Below, one piece after another: positions 44,166 through 52,953 of a stretch of 64,000 bases of DNA. The stretch covers positions 32,543-96,542 of the forward strand of contig CAYWRH010000001.1 of assembly GCA_964460435.1 (NCBI GenBank), written 5' to 3'. The stretch's first letter is position 1. The number at the start of each line of letters is the position of its first letter. A program made the position numbers and the translations under genes. The notes under the pieces were generated by a model, which worked only from the letters and a program-made list of their open reading frames with translations, was not told the origin of the DNA and did no database searches. Source of the DNA: an uncultured Desulfatiglans sp. (GTDB lineage: Bacteria; Desulfobacterota; DSM-4660; Desulfatiglandales; HGW-15).

Positions 44166-46454
44166 ATGGGTATGAAAGAGAGTAAAGAACAAGCGAGCGG
44201 ACTTAATCTTATTAATAAAAAGTGCATCCTCATAAGTTCCATATGGACAATCCTGATAGCAACCTTCTGTGTTTTTGCTGTCCATAATCAGAAAAGGCTT
44301 ACTATAAAATTTGCTGCGATAGAGGCGCTGGCTGACTATAATAAGGATATTGCATATCGCAGATGGTCATCCATGCATGGCGGCACCTATGCGCCGGTTA
44401 CTGATAGAACAAGGCCAAATCCATATCTTAATGATATTAAAGAGCGGGATATCTTTACCCCATCAGGTAAAACGCTTACCCTTATCAACCCAGCATATAT
44501 GACAAGGCAGGTTCACGAGCTTGCAGAAGAATATTTTGGCATAAAGGGCCATATCACAAGCCTGAACCCTATCAGGCCAGAGAATGCGCCTCTGCCCTGG
44601 GAGGTAAAGGCTCTTGAGGCCTTTGAAAAAGGAGAGACTGAATATATAAATGTTGATGAGACAGGGCAGGAAAAATATTTCAGGTTTATGCGGCCCATGA
44701 TCACAGAAAGATCATGCCTTAAATGCCATGCGGCCCAGGGGTATAAAGAGGGTGATATAAGGGGAGGCATAAGCGTATCAATCCCGCTTTCACGTTATAA
44801 GCCCATTGAGAACACCACAATAAAAGCCATTATTATTGTCTATACAACAGTATGTTTGCTAGGGCTTGCAGCGCTGGGAATAATCTTTTTTACACGCGGT
44901 AAAAATCAATACATACAAAAAACAGCTGATGAGAAGCTCAGGTTCCAGGCAAAGCTTCTTGATGCAGCGGAACAATCCATCGTGGCAACCGATACAAACG
45001 GGAAGATAGTCTACTGTAACCCCTATTCGGAAAAGATCTACGGATGGAAAAGGTCTGAGGTGATTGGCCATGAGATGCTTAAGCTTATGATCCCAGACGA
45101 CTACATGGATGAGGCATTTAAAGATCATCTCAGGATACTTGAGGGTACGAGCTGGTCAAAGGAGGTTTTTGTAAAGAACCAGTCAGGGAAAATATTTCCT
45201 GCCCTTGTAAGCGCTTCGCCAGTCTACAGTGAAAAGGGAGAAATAACCGGGGGCATAGCCATCTCGATAGATCTTACTGAAAAGAAAAAGCTTGAGGCCC
45301 AGCTAGAGCAGACCCAGAAGATGGAGGGGATAGGAATCCTTGCAGGGGGAATTGCACATGACTTTAATAATATCCTTGCCCCGATTATTTTGCATTCACA
45401 GATAGCAATGGATGATATTGGCCCGGATAACCCGCTTCAGGCAAGCATGAAGGAGATCTATAGGGCGGCAATAAGGGCACGTGAACTTGTAAGACAGATA
45501 CTCACATTTTCGAGAAAGGGGCAGGATAGCAGGATTGTGTTAAGGGCATCACTTGCGGTCAAGGAGGCAATAAAATTTTTAAGATCAACTATCCCTGCCA
45601 CAATAGAGATAAGGTTCGAAATGAATGCCAATATTGACACCATACTGGCAAACCCCACCCATATAAATCAGATTGTGATGAATCTCTGCGCCAATGCTGC
45701 CCATGCCATGAAAGAAAAGGGCGGCATAATCACGATCACCCTGGATAACGGCGATGAAAAAGATTTAAACAGGCCAGGATGCAATCTTCCTGAAGGGCAA
45801 TATCTCAGGTTGTCTGTAATGGATACAGGCCCTGGCATCCCTCCTGATATTCTTGAAAGGATATTTGAACCCTATTTTACCACAAAAGGGCCCGAGGAGG
45901 GCACAGGCCTTGGTCTTGCAATAATTCACGGCATTGTAAAAAGCTATGAGGGCGGAATCGCGGTGGAAAGCTCTCCTGATACAAAAACAACATTTTTTAT
46001 ATATCTTCCCATCGCCGATGGAGAGGCAGTTATGGAGGAAGATAAAAAAACAGAGGCTGAAAAGGGCAATGAAAGGGTGCTTTTTGTGGATGATGAGGAG
46101 GCTGCTATCCTGGCAATGAAAAAGATACTGGCAAGACTTGGTTATACAGCGACCACATCAAACAGAAGCCGGGAAGCGCTCAAGATCTTTAAAGAGAACC
46201 CTGCCGGGTTTGATCTGCTTATCACAGACATGACCATGCCAAAAATGACAGGCTTACAGCTCATAAAGGAGATCAGGGCAATAAGGCCTGATATGCCTGT
46301 AATCCTCTGTACAGGATACAGTGACCAGATAGATGATCAAAAAATCGAAATGGCAGGCCTGAATGAGTTTCTGATTAAGCCTTTAAGCATGTATGATATT
46401 GCAGGCGCTATCCGGAGGGCGCTTAAGAATAATAAGGTACAGGCTGATAATTGA
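44166..46454 (+). CDS. Hybrid sensor histidine kinase / response regulator with DUF3365-like CXXCH sensor domain and a PAS domain
   Basis: 762 aa. TM helix, periplasmic-type domain with CLKCHA, second TM helix, PAS domain, HisKA (GGIAHDFNNIL), HATPase_c (DTGPGIP...GTGLGLAI), and REC (LFVDDEE...DLLITDMTMPKMTG). Confidence 0.85.
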   Translation: MGMKESKEQASGLNLINKKCILISSIWTILIATFCVFAVHNQKRLTIKFAAIEALADYNKDIAYRRWSSMHGGTYAPVTDRTRPNPYLNDIKERDIFTPSGKTLTLINPAYMTRQVHELAEEYFGIKGHITSLNPIRPENAPLPWEVKALEAFEKGETEYINVDETGQEKYFRFMRPMITERSCLKCHAAQGYKEGDIRGGISVSIPLSRYKPIENTTIKAIIIVYTTVCLLGLAALGIIFFTRGKNQYIQKTADEKLRFQAKLLDAAEQSIVATDTNGKIVYCNPYSEKIYGWKRSEVIGHEMLKLMIPDDYMDEAFKDHLRILEGTSWSKEVFVKNQSGKIFPALVSASPVYSEKGEITGGIAISIDLTEKKKLEAQLEQTQKMEGIGILAGGIAHDFNNILAPIILHSQIAMDDIGPDNPLQASMKEIYRAAIRARELVRQILTFSRKGQDSRIVLRASLAVKEAIKFLRSTIPATIEIRFEMNANIDTILANPTHINQIVMNLCANAAHAMKEKGGIITITLDNGDEKDLNRPGCNLPEGQYLRLSVMDTGPGIPPDILERIFEPYFTTKGPEEGTGLGLAIIHGIVKSYEGGIAVESSPDTKTTFFIYLPIADGEAVMEEDKKTEAEKGNERVLFVDDEEAAILAMKKILARLGYTATTSNRSREALKIFKENPAGFDLLITDMTMPKMTGLQLIKEIRAIRPDMPVILCTGYSDQIDDQKIEMAGLNEFLIKPLSMYDIAGAIRRALKNNKVQADN

Positions 46455-46654
46455 AGATGGCAAAGGACAAAGCGGGCCAAAAGAGAACTATTATAAACCC
46501 TATATAATACTACACACTGTGACACGAGGCTGTGGCATCAAAATCGGCTGCTTGTGATAAACCAGCGGCATTACTGAGATTAAACAAATTAAATGTACTC
46601 TGCAAAAGATAGTTCGAGCCCAAAATCTGACATCAAAACAATTATCCAATGCCT

Positions 46655-47926
46655 TTAAATAAGCGAATCTTCGAACAGAAGCTCCCAATATGGGAGGCAC
46701 TGCACCGTGGTTTTCTCCAATACTGTCTTTTGATTAAGTGTTTTATTAATAACGTATGCGTATTCAGGATGATATCTTTCAATGAATCCGCGTAATGATC
46801 GCTGTATCTCTATTTTTTTCATATCGCGATACTTAACCTCAACAGGTGTCGTCCTATCACCGATCCGAATAATAAAGTCCACCTCTGCCCTATCTTTTGT
46901 GCGCCAGTAGTGGATCAAGGCATCAGCCAGGGGAAAACGTTCCTTAAGCATGGAATGAATCATTGCCTGGAATGCAAAACCTGCTTCTCTTTCCACTATG
47001 TTCCCGAAGCTCCCTGATGCAAAATTTCGCAGACCGATATCATTAAAATAATAGACCGGGGCCTTGGTTATCTCTTTTCTAATGTTGGTGAACCATGGCG
47101 TTACTTTTTGAATGATATAGGTCTTTTCCAGATACCAGAGGTAGTTCTTTACAGTAGCCAGAGAGACGCCCAGGGTAGAAGACAGTTCAGAATGGTTGAC
47201 CATGTTCCCTGACTGGCTGGCAAGTATCCTTACAAGGTTGCTGAATACATCAGTTTTTTCTACACGCAGGAGATAGACAATATCCTTTTCCAGATAACTG
47301 CGGTAGATTTCGTTTATCACTGCGAGCTTTTCCGTATGGGTATCAGCTAGTATAACCCTAGGGTAACCGCCATATGTGATGTATTCCCTGAAAAGTTGTT
47401 CTCTCTTTGCCGGTTCAATGCGATAAAATTCCTTTAGATTATCTGTATAATGATATTCTGTCTTAAAATCGGTGAATTCACTGAAGCTGACAGTTGAAAG
47501 CTCAAACATCCTCTTTCTTCCAGCTAAAGACTCACTGATTTTTTCCTTTAGTTCTATGCTTCCTGAACCTGAAACAACAAATTTACATGGAGGCCCCTGA
47601 TCATATATACCTTTAAGAAACAGGCCTGCATTTTCTTTGCGCTGAATTTCATCAATAAAAACAATGCCGCCGCTTTTGCCAAACTCCAGACCTACCTTTT
47701 GAAGAAGTGCCGCCTGTGAAGAGAGATGTTTAAAGTCCTCTTCAAAATCCAGATTGAGCCACAGGGTTTTTTGTCCCCTTGCGCGGAGTTCCGCTTCAAT
47801 CTTTTTAAGCAGGGTAGTCTTGCCGGATTGGCGAGGCCCTACCAACAGGGTAATCTCCGGATGATCAAGGTGCGCTGACAATTGGGTTAATATTTTTCGC
47901 CTTATATATGCATTATTTTCAACCAT
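46655..47926 (-). CDS. AAA-family ATPase with DUF4143 domain (COG1373-type)
   Basis: 423 aa. Walker A GPRQSGKTTLL, Walker B IVFIDEIQ, and a C-terminal winged-helix/DUF4143-like region (EVDFII...PVEVKY). Confidence 0.8.
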   Translation of the reverse strand: MVENNAYIRRKILTQLSAHLDHPEITLLVGPRQSGKTTLLKKIEAELRARGQKTLWLNLDFEEDFKHLSSQAALLQKVGLEFGKSGGIVFIDEIQRKENAGLFLKGIYDQGPPCKFVVSGSGSIELKEKISESLAGRKRMFELSTVSFSEFTDFKTEYHYTDNLKEFYRIEPAKREQLFREYITYGGYPRVILADTHTEKLAVINEIYRSYLEKDIVYLLRVEKTDVFSNLVRILASQSGNMVNHSELSSTLGVSLATVKNYLWYLEKTYIIQKVTPWFTNIRKEITKAPVYYFNDIGLRNFASGSFGNIVEREAGFAFQAMIHSMLKERFPLADALIHYWRTKDRAEVDFIIRIGDRTTPVEVKYRDMKKIEIQRSLRGFIERYHPEYAYVINKTLNQKTVLEKTTVQCLPYWELLFEDSLI

Positions 47927-47970
47927 ACATTAATTTTAGTACGAGAAAATATAAAGTCAAATAAAAATAA

Positions 47971-50286
47971 TTAATCACTTTTTGTGACCTGCTCTGGCCT
48001 GATACCCTTCGTATTGCCGGCGAGCAATCTATTCACGGTTACAATATAGTCAGTGTTCTGGCAGGGTTTGGATAGATGGTCTATATATGGATCATTCTCT
48101 TTCAGGTTCTTGATGGATTCCAGAAATTCAAGATTCCCTGACAAGAAGAGAATTGGGATGGCGCTATTCTTTCTGCGGATATGGAGATAGATGTCCATGC
48201 CATTCAGATCGCCGGGTAAAATATAGTCGAGACTTATCAGGTCGTAGCTGTTTTCTTCAAAGAGAGATATTGCATGTCTGCCATTTACTGCAATGGTTAC
48301 CTCATGCATACAGGGTGGCTGGGAAAGTATATGGTGTTGAACCCTGGAGATGGATATCTCGTCTTCCACAATCAAAATACGCTTTCCGCAAGAGAAAAGA
48401 TTATCCCGTATCTTTTCTATTTCAGGCGCAGTCAGCTCCTGTTTAATCAGGGGCAGGGTCAAGACCACGCGTGTATATTCGCCGAATCTGGAGTCAACGG
48501 AAATGCTGCCCTTATGCTGTTGTATATACTTTTTGATGTTTGACATCCCATAACCGGTTCCCTTGATGCCGGGTTTGTAGGAACCGGTAATGTCTTTGTT
48601 CCCCTTCAGGGTAAATGAGGGGGTGAAGATATCTTCAAGATGATTTTCAGGGATGCCGCACCCGTTGTCATAGACTTCAATGGAAAATTCATCTTCCGAG
48701 AAGCTGGTTTTAATGGATATTTGCGGATCGGTTTTGAGGCCTAATGCATGGATGCTATTTTGAATCAAATTTACAAGGGAATGTTCAATCATCCCCGGGT
48801 CAGCAAGCAGCAGGGGCGCATTATCCTGAAGGTCAGTATTTACGCAAATGCCGGCTAGGTCCTTTTTCATTAAATTCAGGACCAGTTCAATAACACTGTT
48901 TACATTAAAATATTCATGCCTGGGTTCCTGATCCTTGGCGAATGCCACAAGATTTTTAGTTAAATTCTTCCCCCGAATGGTCTGGTCAAAGATGATTTGC
49001 AGAATATTTTTTATTTCGGCATCTTTGCACTGGTCAAGGGCCAGTTCCGAATTCCCCATGATAACGCCAAGGATATTGTTAAAATCATGGGCCATCTTCC
49101 CGGCCACTTCCCCTACCAGCGCCTGTTTGGCCTGATCTGCGGCGATTTTTTGCGCCTGTTGCTTCTCGCGCTGGGCCACTACCTTATCGGTAATATTGTG
49201 GCTGATTCCACGATAACCGGTGAGACATCCAGCCTCGTCAAGGCATGGCAGCGCTGTGGTTTCAAAAATGACCGTGTTCCTCCCTTTGTCATACGCTTTA
49301 TGGACAAAGGCATCCACAGGCCTTAATGTTCGTGCTATATCGGCAAACACCTGTTCCATTGAGGCTAAGTCATCTTCATGAGCGAACCTGAAAGGCTTCT
49401 CTCCCAGTATTTCTGAATATGTGTAACCCAATACCTCCAGGACGTTTTTGCTGATAAAGGTGAAGCGATAACTGGTATCCAGTTCCCAGACGATGAGGCT
49501 TGTGTTCTCTACTACAAGACGGTATTTTTCTTCTGTCAGCCGGATGGTGTCCATCATGCCGGCAATAGTGTTGCTTAAATATTCAAAAAGATCCACACCC
49601 TTGTAATCAGGCTTCTTCTGTCGCTCAATACTGGAGATGATTGCCCTGCTTGGACCGTGAATGGATCGGGTTACAAAAAAGATCAAAAGCAGCGCAATCA
49701 TTACAAGTGAGCCGATAGTCAACAGTTGCAGCAGTTTTATCTTGTTAATCAGTTTTGCATAGAGCTGCGCATCTCTGATGATAACAAACTGCCATTTCCA
49801 GGGTGAAAAATCATTGGCAAAGACAAAATACTCCTTGTTATTAATGGTTTTTGAAATCGGAATCACAGCAGGTTCTGCCTCTATGCTCAGTGAATGCGGG
49901 TCACCCGGCACCTCAGTCTGAAAAATGATCTCATTGCTGCTGCGGTCCAGCACAAAGCCCTTATGGCCTTCACGGGAAAAGTAGTCTTCGATCTGTTCCA
50001 GTGTCCTTGCCTTGTTTATGATAACAGCGCCAGGGTCGTCAGCCATACGTGACAGGAGCAGATTATCGAAATTGGTGTTGCATATATTATAGATCCTTCT
50101 GGATTCTGAAATCATATCAGTCTGTATCTGATTTTGGGCAAAGTCAGAGAGGGTGGTGGAGACAAAGAAGTAGATAATGCCGCCAAGGATAAGAATAGGC
50201 AACAAGATAGCAAGGGTGATCCTTAATGTCAGGTTTCTGGTAAATGAAAAAATCATTATAGTCTCACCTGCTGAAAACCGGTTCAA
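47971..50286 (-). CDS. Hybrid sensor histidine kinase / response regulator (two TM helices flanking a periplasmic domain, PAS, HisKA, HATPase_c, REC)
   Basis: 771 aa. Motifs: AGKMAHDFNNILGVI, NLIQNSIHAL, DNGCGIP, GTGYGMS, and a C-terminal REC (ILIVEDE...). An alternative start at 50256 would remove the overlap with the upstream binding-protein gene. Confidence 0.85.
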   Translation of the reverse strand: MNRFSAGETIMIFSFTRNLTLRITLAILLPILILGGIIYFFVSTTLSDFAQNQIQTDMISESRRIYNICNTNFDNLLLSRMADDPGAVIINKARTLEQIEDYFSREGHKGFVLDRSSNEIIFQTEVPGDPHSLSIEAEPAVIPISKTINNKEYFVFANDFSPWKWQFVIIRDAQLYAKLINKIKLLQLLTIGSLVMIALLLIFFVTRSIHGPSRAIISSIERQKKPDYKGVDLFEYLSNTIAGMMDTIRLTEEKYRLVVENTSLIVWELDTSYRFTFISKNVLEVLGYTYSEILGEKPFRFAHEDDLASMEQVFADIARTLRPVDAFVHKAYDKGRNTVIFETTALPCLDEAGCLTGYRGISHNITDKVVAQREKQQAQKIAADQAKQALVGEVAGKMAHDFNNILGVIMGNSELALDQCKDAEIKNILQIIFDQTIRGKNLTKNLVAFAKDQEPRHEYFNVNSVIELVLNLMKKDLAGICVNTDLQDNAPLLLADPGMIEHSLVNLIQNSIHALGLKTDPQISIKTSFSEDEFSIEVYDNGCGIPENHLEDIFTPSFTLKGNKDITGSYKPGIKGTGYGMSNIKKYIQQHKGSISVDSRFGEYTRVVLTLPLIKQELTAPEIEKIRDNLFSCGKRILIVEDEISISRVQHHILSQPPCMHEVTIAVNGRHAISLFEENSYDLISLDYILPGDLNGMDIYLHIRRKNSAIPILFLSGNLEFLESIKNLKENDPYIDHLSKPCQNTDYIVTVNRLLAGNTKGIRPEQVTKSD

Positions 50287-51430
50287 CTGTTTGAATCTCT
50301 ATTGGCCAGACCACCTGTTTTTTATTCTTTTGCCACTGGATAATCATTGGAAACTGCCGGATCTGTTTGCCGGACTTGTCTACGCCATAGTATCCTATTA
50401 AGGTGAGGGTGTTCATTGTTTGAAAAACCTGTCTCAAATCTTCACGGTCAAGACTCCTGGTTCTTTCCACAGCCTGCTCAATAATCATGCATGCCGCATA
50501 GGCATTGGCCGCATGGTAAGAGGGTTCCTGTTTGTACCTTTCAGTGAACAGTTGAGTGAATTCCTTGCTGAACACATATTTATCTGAGATGCCGGCCTCC
50601 CAGTAAGAAGATGTAAATGTCAGCTCTGCATCCTTCCCAAGGATGTCATGAAACTCGCTTAGGGCAGGGCCCACAGAAGCATAGTAGGCTTTGGGATACC
50701 AGTTCATCTGTTTGAGGGCCTTTCGCATATTGACTGATTCATCAAGATGTCCGCATACGATAACAGCATCAGGATCAGATTTTTGTACATCCGTTGAAAA
50801 TCGCAGAAGGTCTTTTGTCCCCTTTTTAAATTGATTCAAATAGACAGTCTCCAGGGCAAGCCGTTTGGCCCATTTTTGAGTGTTTCTGGCCAGTGTGACG
50901 GAAAAGGAGTCGTCAGCGCTAAGAATGGCTATGCGCCTAAATTTATAATGGACAAGCAATTCAAGAAAGCCAACGGTATATTTGCTTGCAGGCGGGGTAA
51001 GGCCAAAGGCATATTTAAAGCCATGTTCCCAGATCTGATCTGCTGATCCAGCGGGCAGCAGTGTCGGATATTTATGCCTTTCGACAACAGGCATGATTGC
51101 TTCGCAAATGATGCTGGAATAGGGGCCGATTACCAGGTCAACACGATCCTTCTCAATGAGTCTGGTATAATTGCCCTTTGCCTTCTCCTCTAAGCTTTGG
51201 TCATCCAGGATAATCAGGTTGACCTTCCTGCCCAGCAGGCCGCCTTTGGCATTTACTGTATCCTGCCAGAGATCATAACTCTTTTTTTGCATATTGCCGA
51301 AAGGCGCATATTTACCCGTAAGAGAAAGGGAGATGCCGATATTAACCTGCTGCTGGTCTGCAAATATGTATGAAGTTAAAAAGGGAAGATACAATAAGAT
51401 TATAAGAAGAATGCGCATGGGCATGCTCAT
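50264..51430 (-). CDS. Periplasmic substrate-binding protein, type 1 PBP (LivK / branched-chain amino acid-binding-like)
   Basis: 388 aa with a signal peptide. IGISLSLTGKYAPFGNMQKKSYDLWQDTVNAKGGLLGRKVNLIILDDQS is typical of Leu/Ile/Val-binding-family SBPs. Confidence 0.8.
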   Translation of the reverse strand: MSMPMRILLIILLYLPFLTSYIFADQQQVNIGISLSLTGKYAPFGNMQKKSYDLWQDTVNAKGGLLGRKVNLIILDDQSLEEKAKGNYTRLIEKDRVDLVIGPYSSIICEAIMPVVERHKYPTLLPAGSADQIWEHGFKYAFGLTPPASKYTVGFLELLVHYKFRRIAILSADDSFSVTLARNTQKWAKRLALETVYLNQFKKGTKDLLRFSTDVQKSDPDAVIVCGHLDESVNMRKALKQMNWYPKAYYASVGPALSEFHDILGKDAELTFTSSYWEAGISDKYVFSKEFTQLFTERYKQEPSYHAANAYAACMIIEQAVERTRSLDREDLRQVFQTMNTLTLIGYYGVDKSGKQIRQFPMIIQWQKNKKQVVWPIEIQTVEPVFSR

Positions 51431-51514
51431 TAGCCAAGTTAGAGGTCGTTATTTTTTTTAAAAAAACCTTTTTCAGAGAGGAAGTATATGGAGTCAGGCG
51501 ATCTATGTCAAATT

Positions 51515-51546
51515 GAAAATCACCGCATTATAGTGCAGTGATTTTC
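51515..51546 (-). terminator. Hairpin downstream of the RdgC-like gene pair
   Basis: GAAAATCAC (51515-51523) pairs with GTGATTTTC (51538-51546), a 9-bp stem with a 14-nt loop, about 20 nt past the stop at 51568. The U-run is part of the stem only. Confidence 0.3.
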
Positions 51547-51567
51547 AGCAGACAAAAAGACAAATAT

Positions 51568-52092
51568 CTATTCCTTCACCTGTGAAATCCAGTTTAAAAG
51601 TGCAGGCTTAACAGACTCATTCCATGCAGGCGAAAGCCTGAGGTCTATGAACTCAGCATATATGGCATCAAGGGCAGATATGGCCTGCTCAATGAGGAAC
51701 ATCTTTTCATAGAAGATCCCCTCAGGGTCTTCCTTTATATCCTGTTTTACCTTGGGTGTCTTAAGGGTCTTAAGGTTCATCCACTCTGAATCAAGTGTAA
51801 ATGAGTATTCATTCTCCTCTACCTTGAGCCTTAGCTGGCTCTCTGTAACCTGCTTTTTTTCCATCAGGGCAAAGCGGGCCTCCTTGAGGTTGAGGTTGTC
51901 GCCGGTAAAGACTATCTTTTCTGTTCCCTCATCGTCATCGTGCCTGAGCACAATCTTTTTATCCACCCAGAGTTCTACATCCCCCTCCTCAAGCTTGTAT
52001 GTCCCGCCATTTACCTCACTGTTATACCAGAGCCATAACAGAAACTCCCTTGCCAGGAACTCGGTCTCTTTTACTTTTTCTATGAGCAGCAT
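51568..52092 (-). CDS. Hypothetical protein, probable partner or C-terminal-module equivalent of the RdgC-like protein
   Basis: I prefer ATG 52092, one nt after the upstream stop (GGATAGCATG), giving 174 aa starting MLLIEKVKETEFLAREFLLWLWYNSEV. The upstream part of the ORF-track ORF overlaps the previous gene out of frame. Confidence 0.45.
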   Translation of the reverse strand: MLLIEKVKETEFLAREFLLWLWYNSEVNGGTYKLEEGDVELWVDKKIVLRHDDDEGTEKIVFTGDNLNLKEARFALMEKKQVTESQLRLKVEENEYSFTLDSEWMNLKTLKTPKVKQDIKEDPEGIFYEKMFLIEQAISALDAIYAEFIDLRLSPAWNESVKPALLNWISQVKE

Positions 52093-52093
52093 G

Positions 52094-52717
52094 CTATCCT
52101 TTGACTCCTGTAATGGAATAGGCAAGCCCTTCAAGCAGGTCAGGCTGTTTTCCCCTGTTATCAAGCCCCCTTGCGGCAATGAGCCAGGGGTAGAGGCTGC
52201 CGATCTTGATATTAAAGCACTTATGGAAAAATGATGCGAACTCATCGCAGACCTTATGGCTGGCAGCGCCAAAGAGCACATAACCCTTTTCGAGGTTCCA
52301 GATCACATCATAGGTCTTTGCGACAGGTATGGCCCGTTTTATAAGGGCGACCCTTGTCATCTCCCTTATGTCATTTCTCTTTTCCTTTGGAAGATATTCC
52401 AGCCCCTCCATGTCAAGGACCTTTTTTTCAGCCTCAAGGGAGAATTGTTTCAGGGCCTTGGCAGGGACATTTCTTGTGTCAATTCGCCATGTCAGGGCCA
52501 GGTAGGGCTCCTTAAGATACTGCATCCTGTTGAAATTATGGTCAAACATGTCAAGGATATTGACCCAGCCGATCGCCTTTTCCGCATCAGATGATTCATC
52601 AAACCCTTTAAAGGCATATCTTTGAATCAGCGCCGGAAAGGTCTCAAGGTAGTTTGCCGGCAGAGGATCTTCAAGTATGTATCGTGTAAGGCTGGATGAC
52701 CCGTTTATTAAACCCAT
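52094..52717 (-). CDS. RdgC-like recombination-associated protein (short form)
   Basis: 207 aa. MGLINGSSSLTRYIL..., ...AIGWVNILD..., and the later pattern resemble deltaproteobacterial RdgC-family proteins. The assignment is from memory of the family pattern only. Confidence 0.5.
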   Translation of the reverse strand: MGLINGSSSLTRYILEDPLPANYLETFPALIQRYAFKGFDESSDAEKAIGWVNILDMFDHNFNRMQYLKEPYLALTWRIDTRNVPAKALKQFSLEAEKKVLDMEGLEYLPKEKRNDIREMTRVALIKRAIPVAKTYDVIWNLEKGYVLFGAASHKVCDEFASFFHKCFNIKIGSLYPWLIAARGLDNRGKQPDLLEGLAYSITGVKG

Positions 52718-52953
52718 TTTTTACCCCTGATAACAATAAATAAAACCATGAAAAAATAATCGTCCGTAAGAATCCTGATAGCTTGTTCTCACGGACGAAA
52801 GCAAGGGACACCATTAGCAAAGAAAAAGAGCTTATGTCAACAATTATAGATAAAGATATGAGGTTTACAGTAGACGACCTGTGCAGCACAGGGTTTAAAA
52901 AATTTCCTCCAGAGAGAACAGAAAACCCTTTTAATAGCTATTTCATAATGCAG

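Noticed and set aside
46455-46654. A 200-bp spacer after the hybrid kinase with small ORFs (62 and 66 aa, minus strand).
   Set aside because: It has no motifs, no start context and no convincing hairpins. I leave it as plain intergenic sequence.
51568-52717. A single RdgC gene broken by a frameshift, suggested by the two overlapping ORFs in the track.
   Set aside because: The second ORF has its own ATG one nucleotide after the first ORF's TAG, and the overlapping upstream part translates to low-complexity sequence. I therefore annotated two coupled genes. The frameshift alternative is kept as a check in the findings.
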